Source: a virus
Taxonomy: Duplodnaviria; Caudoviricetes
IMG/VR virus record: IMGVR_UViG_3300030095_001020
Span: 1-28,939 of that record
DNA: 28,939 bases
Reading direction: 5' to 3' (one strand)
This document shows positions 14,056 to 24,221 of this stretch, in pieces. Made by a program: the position numbers and the translations under genes. Position 1 is the stretch's first letter. Each line of letters opens with the position of its first letter. Under the pieces are notes generated by a model. It was not told the origin of the DNA. It saw only the letters and a program-made list of their open reading frames with translations, and made no database searches.

Positions 14056-16866
14056 ATGGATGCAGAAGTATTTTTGCGACACGTCACTGGCGACGATGGA
14101 TACTACTGTTTATTTGCGGTTAAGTTAGGACAAGAAGATAGACCACAAACGTTTCATACAACGTATGATTCGTTACTACAAGAAGCACGTAAGTTAGATG
14201 CTCGTGGGTACAGTCCATACTTTGCACTAGGCACGTTTGATAAGAGCGGTACGCGTGTAGCCGACAATGTAAAACAGTTAAAATCTTTCTTTATGGACAT
14301 CGACTGCGGGGAAGGCAGAGATTATCCAACCAAGAAGGAAGGACTCCAAGCCCTACAAAGATTTTGTAAGAAGGTTGAGTTACCACGCCCATTGTTAGTT
14401 GATTCTGGCAGGGGTGTACATTGTTACTGGCCTTTGTCTGAAGCTGTTAGCAGGGACGATTGGAAGCCTGTTGCAGACCACTTGAAACAGTTGTGTAAGA
14501 ATCATGGGTTTATAATTGACCCCTCAGTAACTGCCGATGCGGCTAGGGTACTGCGTATACCTACCACACACAACCACAAGACTGATCCACCATCTCCTGT
14601 GGTGTTTTACAGTGAGCATGTACCTGAGTATGTAACTCTTGATGAGTTCGCTAAGTGTATTGGTGCGGATAAGATTCCTGCACCACAGAAGATAGAGGTG
14701 CAACCTATAACTGCTTTTCAAGAAGCGTTGATGGGTAACAAGCAACACAAATTTAAAGACATAATTACTAGAGAATCTAGCTGTGCGCAGTTGGTTGACA
14801 TAGTAGTTAATCAGGATGAGTGTAGTGAGCCTATATGGAGGGCAGGTTTATCTATAGCTAAGTTCTGTTCTGACGGGCAGAAAGCCGCACACGTTATGTC
14901 TAAGAATCACCCTGAGTACTCAGCAGAAGAGACACAGGACAAGTTTGATAAGATTAAAGGCCCTTACCTGTGTCATCACTTCGATGAGTACAACCCAGAT
15001 GTATGTACAAAATGTCCGCACTGGGGCAAGATAAAATCTCCTATATCATTAGGTAGCAGTGTAAGAGAAGCTACCGAAGAAGATAACATAGTAGAAGTAC
15101 CTGCACTTGACCTACCAAATACACCTACTACTACGTATGTAATACCGACATACCCCAAGCCATACTTTAGAGGTGCTAACAATGGTGGCGTGTACATACG
15201 TACATCAAATGAAGAAGGTGAGCCTGACGAAGAACTTATATACCACAACGACATTTATATTGTGAATCGTATTGTAGATGTCGAGCTTGGTGAAGTTGTG
15301 GTAATACGTTTACACCTACCACAAGATGGCGTACGTGAGTTTACAGTTCCGCTTACCGCAGTAACTTCGAGAGAGGAATTTAGAAAACAAATGTCCATGC
15401 AGGGCGTGGCAGTAACAAAGATGGATAAACTTATGACTTATATGACTACTTGGATTAACGAGTTACAGGCTACTACAAAAGCTGACAAGGCTCGCACTCA
15501 GTTTGGTTGGACTGACGACACACATAAATCTTTTGTTGTGGGCAACCAAGAAATAACGGCTGATGGTGTTAGCAGTAACCCCCCATCAAAAGCTACCGCA
15601 GGTTTGATGAATGCGTTTAAACCTAAAGGTTCTTTGGAACAATGGAAGCAGATGGCTAACTTCTATAATCGTGATGGGTTTGAGTTACACCAATACATAG
15701 TAGCTAGTGCCTTTGGTTCTCCCTTGATGGCCCTTATGCCTGTAGCATGTTCGGGCTTACACGTGCATAGTAAGGATCATGGGCTTGGTAAGACTACCGC
15801 TATGTACGTAGGAGCGTCTGTTTGGGGTGATCCTGAGCAGTTAGTTGTGAATGCCGTAGATACTCAGAACTCTTTGATGCTACGTGGTGAGGTATACAAG
15901 AACCTACCTTTTTACATTGATGAGTTAACAAATGGAGATGGTGAACAATTATCTAATCTAGTGTATCAGTTGTCTAGTGGTAAGCAACGTAATCGGATGT
16001 CAGGTAACTCAAACACAGAAAGAGTACGTGGTGAGCCGTGGAGTCTGTTGGCTGTATCTACAGGTAATACTAGTGTGATTGAAACTATAAGTTCCTTTAA
16101 GAATGCTCCGAAGGCCGAGGCGGCTCGCCTACTAGAAACAAAAGCTGTTAAGTTGTTTGACGAAACAAAGACTAAGCATCTTACTGACAAGCATCAAGCT
16201 AACTCTAAAAACATTCATGGGCATGCAGGTGTGCCTTACATGCAACACGTTATACAAAACGTAGATAGGGTTATAGCGTTGTTACAAGAAATACAACAAA
16301 AAGTAGACACTGGAGCAGGGCTTACTGCACAAGACAGATACTGGTCAGCGGGTACTACTGTTAACCTAGCAGGGTTTTTGTTAGCTAGAGAAATAGGGCT
16401 ACTGGACTATGATAGGGAAAAACTATTTAGGTATGCCATACGGCTACTCGGTGAGAACAAGGCATCAGCTAATGATTTAATATCTTCTACGGCAGATGTA
16501 TTGAATGACTTTGTGCATGAGCATTGGGGTAGCATTCTAAAAATTAGAAGTACTGACGACTTACGTAAGGCGCAAGGCAACGGCATGGATGATTTAGTAA
16601 TACCTGAGTCTGACCCACGGATTAAGTTAGTAGGTAGATATGAGACTGATCTTAAAAAGCTGTACATAGTACCCAAAGTATTAAAGTCGTGGTGTGCTAA
16701 ACAGCAGATAAACTACAGTTCTTTGATACAAGATTTTAAAGATAAGTTTAAGGGCAAGTCTATGAAAATACGCTTGACCAAAGGGACACCTACACAGATG
16801 CCCCCATCACATGTCTTGTGTGTTGACTGTTCGCAAGTTGATCTAGAAGAAGATGCTAAAACTTGA
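14056..16866 (+). CDS. Primase-helicase (AEP-like primase, Cys cluster, DUF927, P-loop helicase)
   Basis: FMDIDC, DSGRGVHCYW and DAARVLRIP (primase), C..F..CTKCPH, QFGW (DUF927), Walker A GLGKTT and Walker B YIDE. Confidence 0.9.
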   Translation: MDAEVFLRHVTGDDGYYCLFAVKLGQEDRPQTFHTTYDSLLQEARKLDARGYSPYFALGTFDKSGTRVADNVKQLKSFFMDIDCGEGRDYPTKKEGLQALQRFCKKVELPRPLLVDSGRGVHCYWPLSEAVSRDDWKPVADHLKQLCKNHGFIIDPSVTADAARVLRIPTTHNHKTDPPSPVVFYSEHVPEYVTLDEFAKCIGADKIPAPQKIEVQPITAFQEALMGNKQHKFKDIITRESSCAQLVDIVVNQDECSEPIWRAGLSIAKFCSDGQKAAHVMSKNHPEYSAEETQDKFDKIKGPYLCHHFDEYNPDVCTKCPHWGKIKSPISLGSSVREATEEDNIVEVPALDLPNTPTTTYVIPTYPKPYFRGANNGGVYIRTSNEEGEPDEELIYHNDIYIVNRIVDVELGEVVVIRLHLPQDGVREFTVPLTAVTSREEFRKQMSMQGVAVTKMDKLMTYMTTWINELQATTKADKARTQFGWTDDTHKSFVVGNQEITADGVSSNPPSKATAGLMNAFKPKGSLEQWKQMANFYNRDGFELHQYIVASAFGSPLMALMPVACSGLHVHSKDHGLGKTTAMYVGASVWGDPEQLVVNAVDTQNSLMLRGEVYKNLPFYIDELTNGDGEQLSNLVYQLSSGKQRNRMSGNSNTERVRGEPWSLLAVSTGNTSVIETISSFKNAPKAEAARLLETKAVKLFDETKTKHLTDKHQANSKNIHGHAGVPYMQHVIQNVDRVIALLQEIQQKVDTGAGLTAQDRYWSAGTTVNLAGFLLAREIGLLDYDREKLFRYAIRLLGENKASANDLISSTADVLNDFVHEHWGSILKIRSTDDLRKAQGNGMDDLVIPESDPRIKLVGRYETDLKKLYIVPKVLKSWCAKQQINYSSLIQDFKDKFKGKSMKIRLTKGTPTQMPPSHVLCVDCSQVDLEEDAKT

Positions 16867-17068
16867 TGACATAGCGCCAGATGGCGTACGTATTGTCGTA
16901 CGTTGGGATAAGATGGTAGTTAACGCTTCAATCTTTGTGCCGTGTATAAACGCCCGTAAAGCACGAGAACAAGTTAACGTAATATTTAAAAGAAAAGGCT
17001 GGCAGTACAAAGCCAAAACCACTATAGAAAGTGGTAAGTTAGGTGTACGTATATGGCGTACAACATGA
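16853..17068 (+). CDS. Small basic hypothetical protein
   Basis: Overlaps the primase end. Contains SIFVPC and C-terminal GVRIWR, and is followed by the terminator. Confidence 0.7.
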   Translation: MLKLDDIAPDGVRIVVRWDKMVVNASIFVPCINARKAREQVNVIFKRKGWQYKAKTTIESGKLGVRIWRTT

Positions 17069-17116
17069 AGTTTTAGGATACGGAGTAGCATCTTCCCCTT
17101 TGCTACTCTTGCCTTG

Positions 17117-17152
17117 CTCCCTGATGTTCCGAGGCATCGGGGAGTTTTTTTT
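17117..17152 (+). terminator. Rho-independent terminator at the convergence of the two gene blocks
   Basis: CTCCCTGATG/CATCGGGGAG stem followed by 8 T. Preceded by a second hairpin GAGTAGCA/TGCTACTC (17083-17108). Confidence 0.85.
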
Positions 17153-20100
17153 ATCTACTATATTCTTTCCAACTCTTTTCTAGTGCAAGCCTGTAAGTAG
17201 CGGACACCGATACACCGTTGTGCATAGTGACTGTAGTTCTATTTTGCCCTTTCAAAGATTTAATAATACTTTCTCTAGTTAACGGAGTATCAGGATTATC
17301 TCTGTTGAACTTTTGTATCTCTTTCCACACTTCTTCCGCCTCTTCGTAGTCTTTGAAGCGCAATGCTTGGTAGTACCTTTCCGACAGTTTACCCTTTTTC
17401 TCTGCTATAGCACGTACTACTTTGGTATCCCTAGCGCTTTGCTCTGTGTTAAACGTGTAGTTTACAGGCGCAAAACCCAACGCTTTGGAAAACACTTCGC
17501 CACCGGCTATATCCTCATAAATAAAATCACCCCTACGGCTCTGAACACCCTCGTCAAAATAAAAACGTAGGCCAGTCATAAGGTTACTAGCGCCCGCAGG
17601 TAGCAGGGCTTCTGTCATACGTTGGAACTCACCATCTACCATGTCATCTATAGCCCTATCAAACCGCTTAACAGTGCTTATGAATGGGCCACCTAAGTAG
17701 TACCCTATAGTTTCTTCCACACTAGGATCACGCATGAATCTATTTTCTTGGAATATTAAGTCATTTAGCTTTATACGTTGTGATACATCCATACCCGTTA
17801 TGCTAGATATTGGGCCTTTGTAGTAATCTTCACCTATGTATTTACGTAGTATAGTATCTGCATCATCTTCGTCATCGTCTAGGTACATATCCCAAAGCGT
17901 AGAAACTATACCCCACAAAGGTATACCGCCCACACCCGCAAACAATGTAGCCGATAAGTGTATACCCGCCAACTGTTTAAGTGCTTGCTTGCGTTGCTCT
18001 GGGTTATTAGCAAACAACTGCTTAGTACCAATCAATGCAGACTTAATCATGGCAGAGTTCATAAGCACGCCAAAACTCTTATACATAAATGCTACCCTTC
18101 CCCAACCCTGCTTAGCAAATGGCATGGTAGTTTCCAACGTAGCACCACCGTTAGTCTCTTGAGCCGTATACAACGCGTCGTCAGTCGCTATCTTACGTAA
18201 CTCATTTACGTTTTCTGGCACATCAATTTCTTTACCCTGTCGCACACTAAAGTATTTCTTGCCCGCCTTACGACGCTCAGCCATGTCTCTACGTATAAGG
18301 TTGTAAGATGCAATCATAGTTGTCTGCGTGTTAAATCGTTCGGCTTGCACAAAGAAGTACGCTGAAAATTGTGACAGCTTATCTCTAAAGCTAGCTTTCT
18401 CCTCTAACCCAAGTTCTCTAGTCATGTTAGCTGTAAACAACTTACCGCGTAGGTTAGCTTCTTTTACTAGAGGAATTATAGCTTCCAACTCTTGTATCCT
18501 TACGTCAGCATCCTCCTTATCTATAGCGTGTTTTTTAATTTTGTCTATAACACTTTTCTTTAGTGTGTACGTAGCTCCTTCACCTTTACCGTCTATATTA
18601 TAAAACTCTACAACTGACATACGAGCACCACCTACCAACTTACCAACACGCATAAACTCATCAACGGTAACGTCTAACCCAAAGCGTGGAGCTAGATAAG
18701 GTACAACAAACAAAGGTATTTGGGATAAGTTAACAATAGCTGATGATACGTTAAAGCCTAGAGTGTATAGGAAAGCTACTTGGTTAAATTCTTTATATAA
18801 TCTTTCCATATTTTTATTTTTTGCGCCCATAAGTGCAAAGTTACCATGCTCATTTACAAGCACATCTGCAATAGCCTTGGCTTTAGGGTTTGGCCCTTCT
18901 AATTGAATTTCTTTGTCTCTATCTTCAATGGCCTTAGTAATAACACGGATTTTTGCTGAGCCTTGAATCTTAGCGGCTTGTATTGCTAACGAGGTTCCTT
19001 TGTTAGTTAAGGCAACACTAACATTTTGTACGTACCCATAATCGCCCTTACGTCGTACAAGCGAGCGTAAGAAAGAACTTTCAGGTGTTGTAGCTGCATA
19101 CATACGTATTACCGAGTCTTGTATTTTTGGATCTACCTTGCCCTTCTGTAGTACGTCTAACAAGTCTGATACAAAAGTACCACTCGGAGCTTTTTCAAAT
19201 ACAGCTCTAGTCATGTCACCATTGAACGCGGTAATAGATTTTGTATCAACATCTCCCTCAGCTTTTAACACTTCCACCATAGCGTCTCTCTCGGCTACGT
19301 GCTCGAAACTAAGCAGTGCATTCTCTACACCTATTTGCTCGCCAGTTTTAGGGTCTCTGTTAATATATTCAAAGAAAATTCTAAACTCACCTTCACGAAC
19401 TAAAGGCCAATAGTTTTCTATCTTATCTCTGGCCATTAGTCTTCTATTAATATCTTTAAGTAACTTTCTACCTGATTCTTTGTCGCCCCTAGCTATCATA
19501 GCATTAGCTTCAATTTCCATAGCTTTAGCAATATCGTCAAATATAGATGCGTATAAATTTCTTTCGTAGTAATACTGTTCTTTTAGTTTGGCCCTTTCGG
19601 TTGTTGTTAGAGTACGCAACTGTTCTTTCTGCTGCTTGTGTACTTCTTCTAAACTGACACCGTCTTTATCTTTCCCTTTATACTTACTTTTATCTAAGGC
19701 AAAGGGGTCAACGTCGAATATGGTAGCACCATACTCAGTGTTATAGATTAAACGGTTAAACACAGCAAACGCCTTATCACCCACGTCTTTAGCAAACTTG
19801 TTCTGCCGCTCTATAGCTGCATCTACACGTTTTTTATTTTCATCTATAGCGCCACGTTGCTTATCAATTATTTCATGCAGCTTATGTCCTAAATCTGCAA
19901 ACCCACTACTCCTAGCAAGATCTCCAAGAGTAGCAATGTGTATGGCTTTGGCTAAGTTTCTCAACCCTGAAGCGCCCGCCTTGAAATCCTGCCAAAAGGT
20001 TGTAAACTCAGATTTGGTATTCTCTTTACCTGCTCTAGCTTCGTCTATCCTGTCTGTAACAGATTTAGCCATCGCTCTTACAGAACCTACGTCAGTTCTT

Positions 20101-23100
20101 ACATACCTAAAGTCAGGATCTAGGTTAGGTTCTAGTATAGCTAGAGCTAGTTGGTCAGCCGCGTCTAAAGCACTACCCAATTGTCTGGTAGCATCTCCAC
20201 GCAACATCCTAAGTATATTCATAACCGCATTTAAGAACTTATCTAATGCGCTGTATTGCTTATTCTCTTCTATCTTTATTTGACCTAAGTCTCTCCTAAA
20301 TGCCCTGTCAGAAAGTGCTTCAGCCACAAACTCATGTATGTCTTTTCTACCATAGGCTGTACCTAGTTTATCTTCTATAGACTCATACAGTTTTATTAAC
20401 TCTTTAACCGCAGGTGCTCGTGAGTTTCTTTCTATTGCTACTTCAGTCAACGCATGCGCCACTTCGTGCATTAAAATACCATTTGTAGTAGGGTACTCCG
20501 CGTGCAAGTAAACTGTGTCAGTCCTATAATCATAGTAAGCTGGCTCTACGTCTGATTCTTTAGTGTATTCTAATGGATATGCTTCCATAGTTTCTTTAGG
20601 CGTTCGGAATACTACTTTAGTATTAACAATCAAATTGCTAAATGTTCGCGCTAGAGTTCTAAGTTCTTTACCCTTTGTTTCTTTAGCTATATTTAATAAC
20701 GCCTCTCTTAGCTTACCTTCTTTTAATAGTTTTCTTGTTTCTTTGGAAGCAACTTGCAACACCAACTTAGCATCTTCAGTTTTTATTTTGTACTCTCTAA
20801 CTACATGTCCGTATTCCTTTTCGGCTTCGGTAATTATTTGCTTTTTAGTAGCGTCTTTTAGCATGTATGTAGAGCCGTGCTCCTCAAACATCTTGCGTAG
20901 CGTGCTGAAAGATACGCCAGTATCCTTCCACTTTGCAGCTATTTGCTGCATCACAGCTTTTTGAACTTCTTTTTCCGCTCGCGCTACTTTTCTTTTGTCT
21001 ACAGCTTCAGTGTCTATCTTAGCCCTACGTTGCGCTCCTACCTCTTGGCTGTCATCTTTCGGCTTAGCCTTTGTTTTTGGTTTAGCTGGAGTTATGTCTT
21101 CTTTGGTTGGTAAGTGAGTAAACGACTTAACCTTTGCCTGTTTAGGTTCTAAGATAACTATTTGAGCAGGTATGTCTAGACCTTCAGGGACAATAATCCC
21201 ATCGTACCCTGCTTTTTTCATTGCGGCAATATCATCTGGAAACAATCTTTCAGGGTCAATCATTATAAATAAATTTTTGGATTCAATTAATTTTTGCAAT
21301 TCTGCCTTAGATAAATCATCGACTAATTCTAAATCGCCATCTTTAATAGTTCTTATATCATCTAAATTGCTCGGTAACTCATCAATATCAACTCTAGCGA
21401 AAGTAATTTTTTTCTTGTCAAATGAACTAGTAACTGTTTGCAGTGGTACAGGATTATTTATAGTAAGTTCTACCTCTGCTTCATTCGCGCCAAAAGCAAT
21501 GGTCGATTCGTCGTTACTCTTAGGCGAGAAATATATACCTTCAGTCCCAGCATAACTGTGTTTACTTTTCCTTTCATCTCGGTGGGTTTCGTTAAACTCA
21601 GCGAACGGTTCAGCGGTTGTTCTGTGGTACGCAGTGAAAGTTTTACCTTTACTAGTATCAACTGTAGCTTCTGTCTTATCTTTTGATTTCTTAGCAGGTG
21701 CTTTCTTAGCAGGTGCTTTCTTAGCAGGCGCTTTCTTAGCTTCTGTCTTATCTTCTGATTTCTTAGCAGGCGCTTTCTTAGCAGGCGCTTTCTTAGCTTC
21801 TGTCTTCTTAGCAGGTTCTTTCTTAGTTTCTGCTTGTTGAACTAGCGCTTCTTGATTGCGCTGTTGTTGTGGGATATCTTGCTCCGCACCTTGCGCTATC
21901 TGATCTTTAAGTTCTTCTTGTCTAAACTGCAGAGTCTTTTTAGTCTCTGAACTAAGATTTTTGTTTACCCACTTTCTGGCGGCTCTTGCATTCTTTATAC
22001 CAAGAGCAGGCGCAACGTCTTGCATGTCATCTGTTTTGTAGGCATCTGCAAACTTTGTAGATTTTGTACCTGATTCTGCTAGCTCATATGTTAAGTGGTA
22101 TAACGCACTTTGGGGGTTATCAAACGCAGAGAAGTACTCTGTCGCAGCATCAAAATCAGTTTTTTTCTTGTTAGGCGACCTTGTAATTCCTTTAGTCTTA
22201 CTTACTCGACTGATAGCCTGCAGGTCTTGTTGGAGTGAACTGTGTGACGGAACAAAGTTTTTAGCCGCCCTATGGACTACTTTACCAGACTTACGGTTTA
22301 TTTGTGGCGCACTTGCTCCTTTGTCGTCAGTTTGTATAACTGATTTAGGCGCTGCAGATTTCTTTGTGTCTGCGCTGTCTTCTACTATGCTAGCTTGTTT
22401 GACATTTCTTATTAGTGAAGGCTGTTTTCTTCTCTTTCTTCTAGCAGGTCTTCCAGTGTCACTGACACTATCAGCCAATCCTCCTTCGACAGGTCTTCCA
22501 GTGTCTCGGGTACCATCAGCACGGCGCTGTCCCACGACTTTTGTATCACCTTGAATGCTGTCTCCAGTTGTTTCTGTGACAGGTGCTCTAGTAGCTTGCT
22601 TTCCAACATCACCTTTCTCCTTTATCTGAGATTCTAGTGTAGACAAATCTGAGTTAGAATCAACTATTTCTTGTGTTGGTGTATCTTTGAGATCTAAAAA
22701 ACGTTTTATTCTAAACAACTCGCCCTTGGTGGGCTCTGGATTTCTATAACCGGCTTCTTGTAGTCTAGTTTTAAACATCTCACTAATATTACTGCCTGTT
22801 TCTGGGTTGGAGTCAAATACTTCATTCAACACCATCCTACGACCCATGTCAGTCTTCTTCGCTACTTCGTCTTTACGTTTAGCATCTAAAGTTTCTAAGT
22901 CTGACTCCGCGCGCACCTGTTCCTTGGTTTGTTTAGCTTTAACGTCAGCATCTTCTTCCGCTATAACATCTTCGATGTCTACCTGCTTGTCGCGTTCTTC
23001 TTGATCTTTAGCTTCTTCTTTTTCTTTTAACTCTCGAGTTTCCTCGGCTTCCATCATGTCAAGCGTTACTTCGTCGTCATCTTCTAAACGAGCACGATCT

Positions 23101-24212
23101 TGCCTGTCTTTGATACGCTGTTTGGATTGTTCTACTTCTAAGGCATCTATCTCAGCGTCGTCTAGTTCATCTGAGAACATGTCAGGTTGTTGGTCATCAC
23201 GCGCTACTACAGAGGCTTGTTGCCTAGCATCAAACTCTTCTTGTGTTTCATCACTATGGCGTTCGCCCAGCCGTATTTCGCCTGTATCTCCAGTGTCTAG
23301 TAGTTCTTCTTCTAGTTCTTCAACAGTATCAGGAGTGTTAGGTCTTTTGCTACGTCTACCTATAACATCAGCTATAGCCTGAACAATAGTACCTGCACCT
23401 GCGCCTATGTAACCCTCTTTGATTACACCTGCATCTACTAGTTCTCTCCCGGGATCATAGCCTCTAGCAACTAAGTTTTGGTATATAGCTGCAGAAAATT
23501 CTTGTGTACCCTCTGCAATACCGGTAGCTCCTGCACTCTTCAATCTACCTTTTATACCATCAATGACTCCGTCGTCTACTTTACCAGTTAGATTGTCTAG
23601 TGCATCTCCAAAGCGTTTAAACCCTATTGTCTTTAAGGCTTTTGCCATAGGTAGGGCTTCAAATACACCGAAGGGGGCGGCTCTTCTTATTGCTATGTTT
23701 CTTTCTTCTTCAGTAGCGTCTGACTCTCGAGCCATTTCACTTTGCTCACCAGCCATAGCGGCTACACCAAGACCACTACCAACTATACCAGCAGCTAGCA
23801 AAGGCTTAGCAGAAAGTGCTGCCAAACCAGTTGCCGGAAGCGCCGATAATATACCACCCACACCACTAAATATTTCATAGGTTAAAGAGTCTTTGTCTCC
23901 ACCTTCGGGTCTAAACTTTTCGGCAGTGTCTTGTATCTTCTTGCGAGCCTTCAGCTCCGCTTCTTCTTCTAAAAGAGTAGCGCCACCCAAGGACACTAAC
24001 TCAGCCATAGTAACAGCACCGGCACCTAAACCAGCACCTACATTCTCAAAGAACCCAGCATCTTTGTTACTTCCTTTAACAGGGGTCTCAGGCAACCCTG
24101 CTTCTATGCGCAGTATGCGGTCGTACTCGGCTAACAATGCTTTTGAATCTTCAGTCCGACCTAATTTTTTAGCATTAGCTGCTGCAGCTAAAACTTCTTG
24201 AGACGAAGGCAT
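17151..24212 (-). CDS. Large polyvalent internal virion/ejection-type protein (ART-like, zincin, PLxRFG-like)
   Basis: 2353 aa. Gly/Ala-rich hydrophobic N-terminus, acidic region, KKAPA repeats, YHRT...GIYFS...GYDGII...PKQAK, HEVAH...HEFVAE and YWPLVREG. Confidence 0.8.
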   Translation of the reverse strand: MPSSQEVLAAAANAKKLGRTEDSKALLAEYDRILRIEAGLPETPVKGSNKDAGFFENVGAGLGAGAVTMAELVSLGGATLLEEEAELKARKKIQDTAEKFRPEGGDKDSLTYEIFSGVGGILSALPATGLAALSAKPLLAAGIVGSGLGVAAMAGEQSEMARESDATEEERNIAIRRAAPFGVFEALPMAKALKTIGFKRFGDALDNLTGKVDDGVIDGIKGRLKSAGATGIAEGTQEFSAAIYQNLVARGYDPGRELVDAGVIKEGYIGAGAGTIVQAIADVIGRRSKRPNTPDTVEELEEELLDTGDTGEIRLGERHSDETQEEFDARQQASVVARDDQQPDMFSDELDDAEIDALEVEQSKQRIKDRQDRARLEDDDEVTLDMMEAEETRELKEKEEAKDQEERDKQVDIEDVIAEEDADVKAKQTKEQVRAESDLETLDAKRKDEVAKKTDMGRRMVLNEVFDSNPETGSNISEMFKTRLQEAGYRNPEPTKGELFRIKRFLDLKDTPTQEIVDSNSDLSTLESQIKEKGDVGKQATRAPVTETTGDSIQGDTKVVGQRRADGTRDTGRPVEGGLADSVSDTGRPARRKRRKQPSLIRNVKQASIVEDSADTKKSAAPKSVIQTDDKGASAPQINRKSGKVVHRAAKNFVPSHSSLQQDLQAISRVSKTKGITRSPNKKKTDFDAATEYFSAFDNPQSALYHLTYELAESGTKSTKFADAYKTDDMQDVAPALGIKNARAARKWVNKNLSSETKKTLQFRQEELKDQIAQGAEQDIPQQQRNQEALVQQAETKKEPAKKTEAKKAPAKKAPAKKSEDKTEAKKAPAKKAPAKKAPAKKSKDKTEATVDTSKGKTFTAYHRTTAEPFAEFNETHRDERKSKHSYAGTEGIYFSPKSNDESTIAFGANEAEVELTINNPVPLQTVTSSFDKKKITFARVDIDELPSNLDDIRTIKDGDLELVDDLSKAELQKLIESKNLFIMIDPERLFPDDIAAMKKAGYDGIIVPEGLDIPAQIVILEPKQAKVKSFTHLPTKEDITPAKPKTKAKPKDDSQEVGAQRRAKIDTEAVDKRKVARAEKEVQKAVMQQIAAKWKDTGVSFSTLRKMFEEHGSTYMLKDATKKQIITEAEKEYGHVVREYKIKTEDAKLVLQVASKETRKLLKEGKLREALLNIAKETKGKELRTLARTFSNLIVNTKVVFRTPKETMEAYPLEYTKESDVEPAYYDYRTDTVYLHAEYPTTNGILMHEVAHALTEVAIERNSRAPAVKELIKLYESIEDKLGTAYGRKDIHEFVAEALSDRAFRRDLGQIKIEENKQYSALDKFLNAVMNILRMLRGDATRQLGSALDAADQLALAILEPNLDPDFRYVRTDVGSVRAMAKSVTDRIDEARAGKENTKSEFTTFWQDFKAGASGLRNLAKAIHIATLGDLARSSGFADLGHKLHEIIDKQRGAIDENKKRVDAAIERQNKFAKDVGDKAFAVFNRLIYNTEYGATIFDVDPFALDKSKYKGKDKDGVSLEEVHKQQKEQLRTLTTTERAKLKEQYYYERNLYASIFDDIAKAMEIEANAMIARGDKESGRKLLKDINRRLMARDKIENYWPLVREGEFRIFFEYINRDPKTGEQIGVENALLSFEHVAERDAMVEVLKAEGDVDTKSITAFNGDMTRAVFEKAPSGTFVSDLLDVLQKGKVDPKIQDSVIRMYAATTPESSFLRSLVRRKGDYGYVQNVSVALTNKGTSLAIQAAKIQGSAKIRVITKAIEDRDKEIQLEGPNPKAKAIADVLVNEHGNFALMGAKNKNMERLYKEFNQVAFLYTLGFNVSSAIVNLSQIPLFVVPYLAPRFGLDVTVDEFMRVGKLVGGARMSVVEFYNIDGKGEGATYTLKKSVIDKIKKHAIDKEDADVRIQELEAIIPLVKEANLRGKLFTANMTRELGLEEKASFRDKLSQFSAYFFVQAERFNTQTTMIASYNLIRRDMAERRKAGKKYFSVRQGKEIDVPENVNELRKIATDDALYTAQETNGGATLETTMPFAKQGWGRVAFMYKSFGVLMNSAMIKSALIGTKQLFANNPEQRKQALKQLAGIHLSATLFAGVGGIPLWGIVSTLWDMYLDDDEDDADTILRKYIGEDYYKGPISSITGMDVSQRIKLNDLIFQENRFMRDPSVEETIGYYLGGPFISTVKRFDRAIDDMVDGEFQRMTEALLPAGASNLMTGLRFYFDEGVQSRRGDFIYEDIAGGEVFSKALGFAPVNYTFNTEQSARDTKVVRAIAEKKGKLSERYYQALRFKDYEEAEEVWKEIQKFNRDNPDTPLTRESIIKSLKGQNRTTVTMHNGVSVSATYRLALEKSWKEYSR
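21665..21830 (-). repeat. Coding tandem repeats (15-nt units encoding KKAPA/KKTEA)
   Basis: Repeated TTCTTAGCAGGYGCT units on the + strand, with a duplicated AKKS(E/K)DKTEA block. Confidence 0.9.
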
Positions 24213-24221
24213 AGCTAGTCC

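Noticed and set aside
1484-16676. Antisense and alternate-frame ORFs within + strand genes (for example 1484-2023, 2138-2569, 8156-8548)
   Set aside because: They are nested in well-supported genes and have shadow-like composition with no recognisable motifs.
23175-23192. QPDMF in the giant protein as a clamp-binding motif
   Set aside because: It is a single short, degenerate match in a 2353-aa low-complexity protein and is too weak without conservation data.
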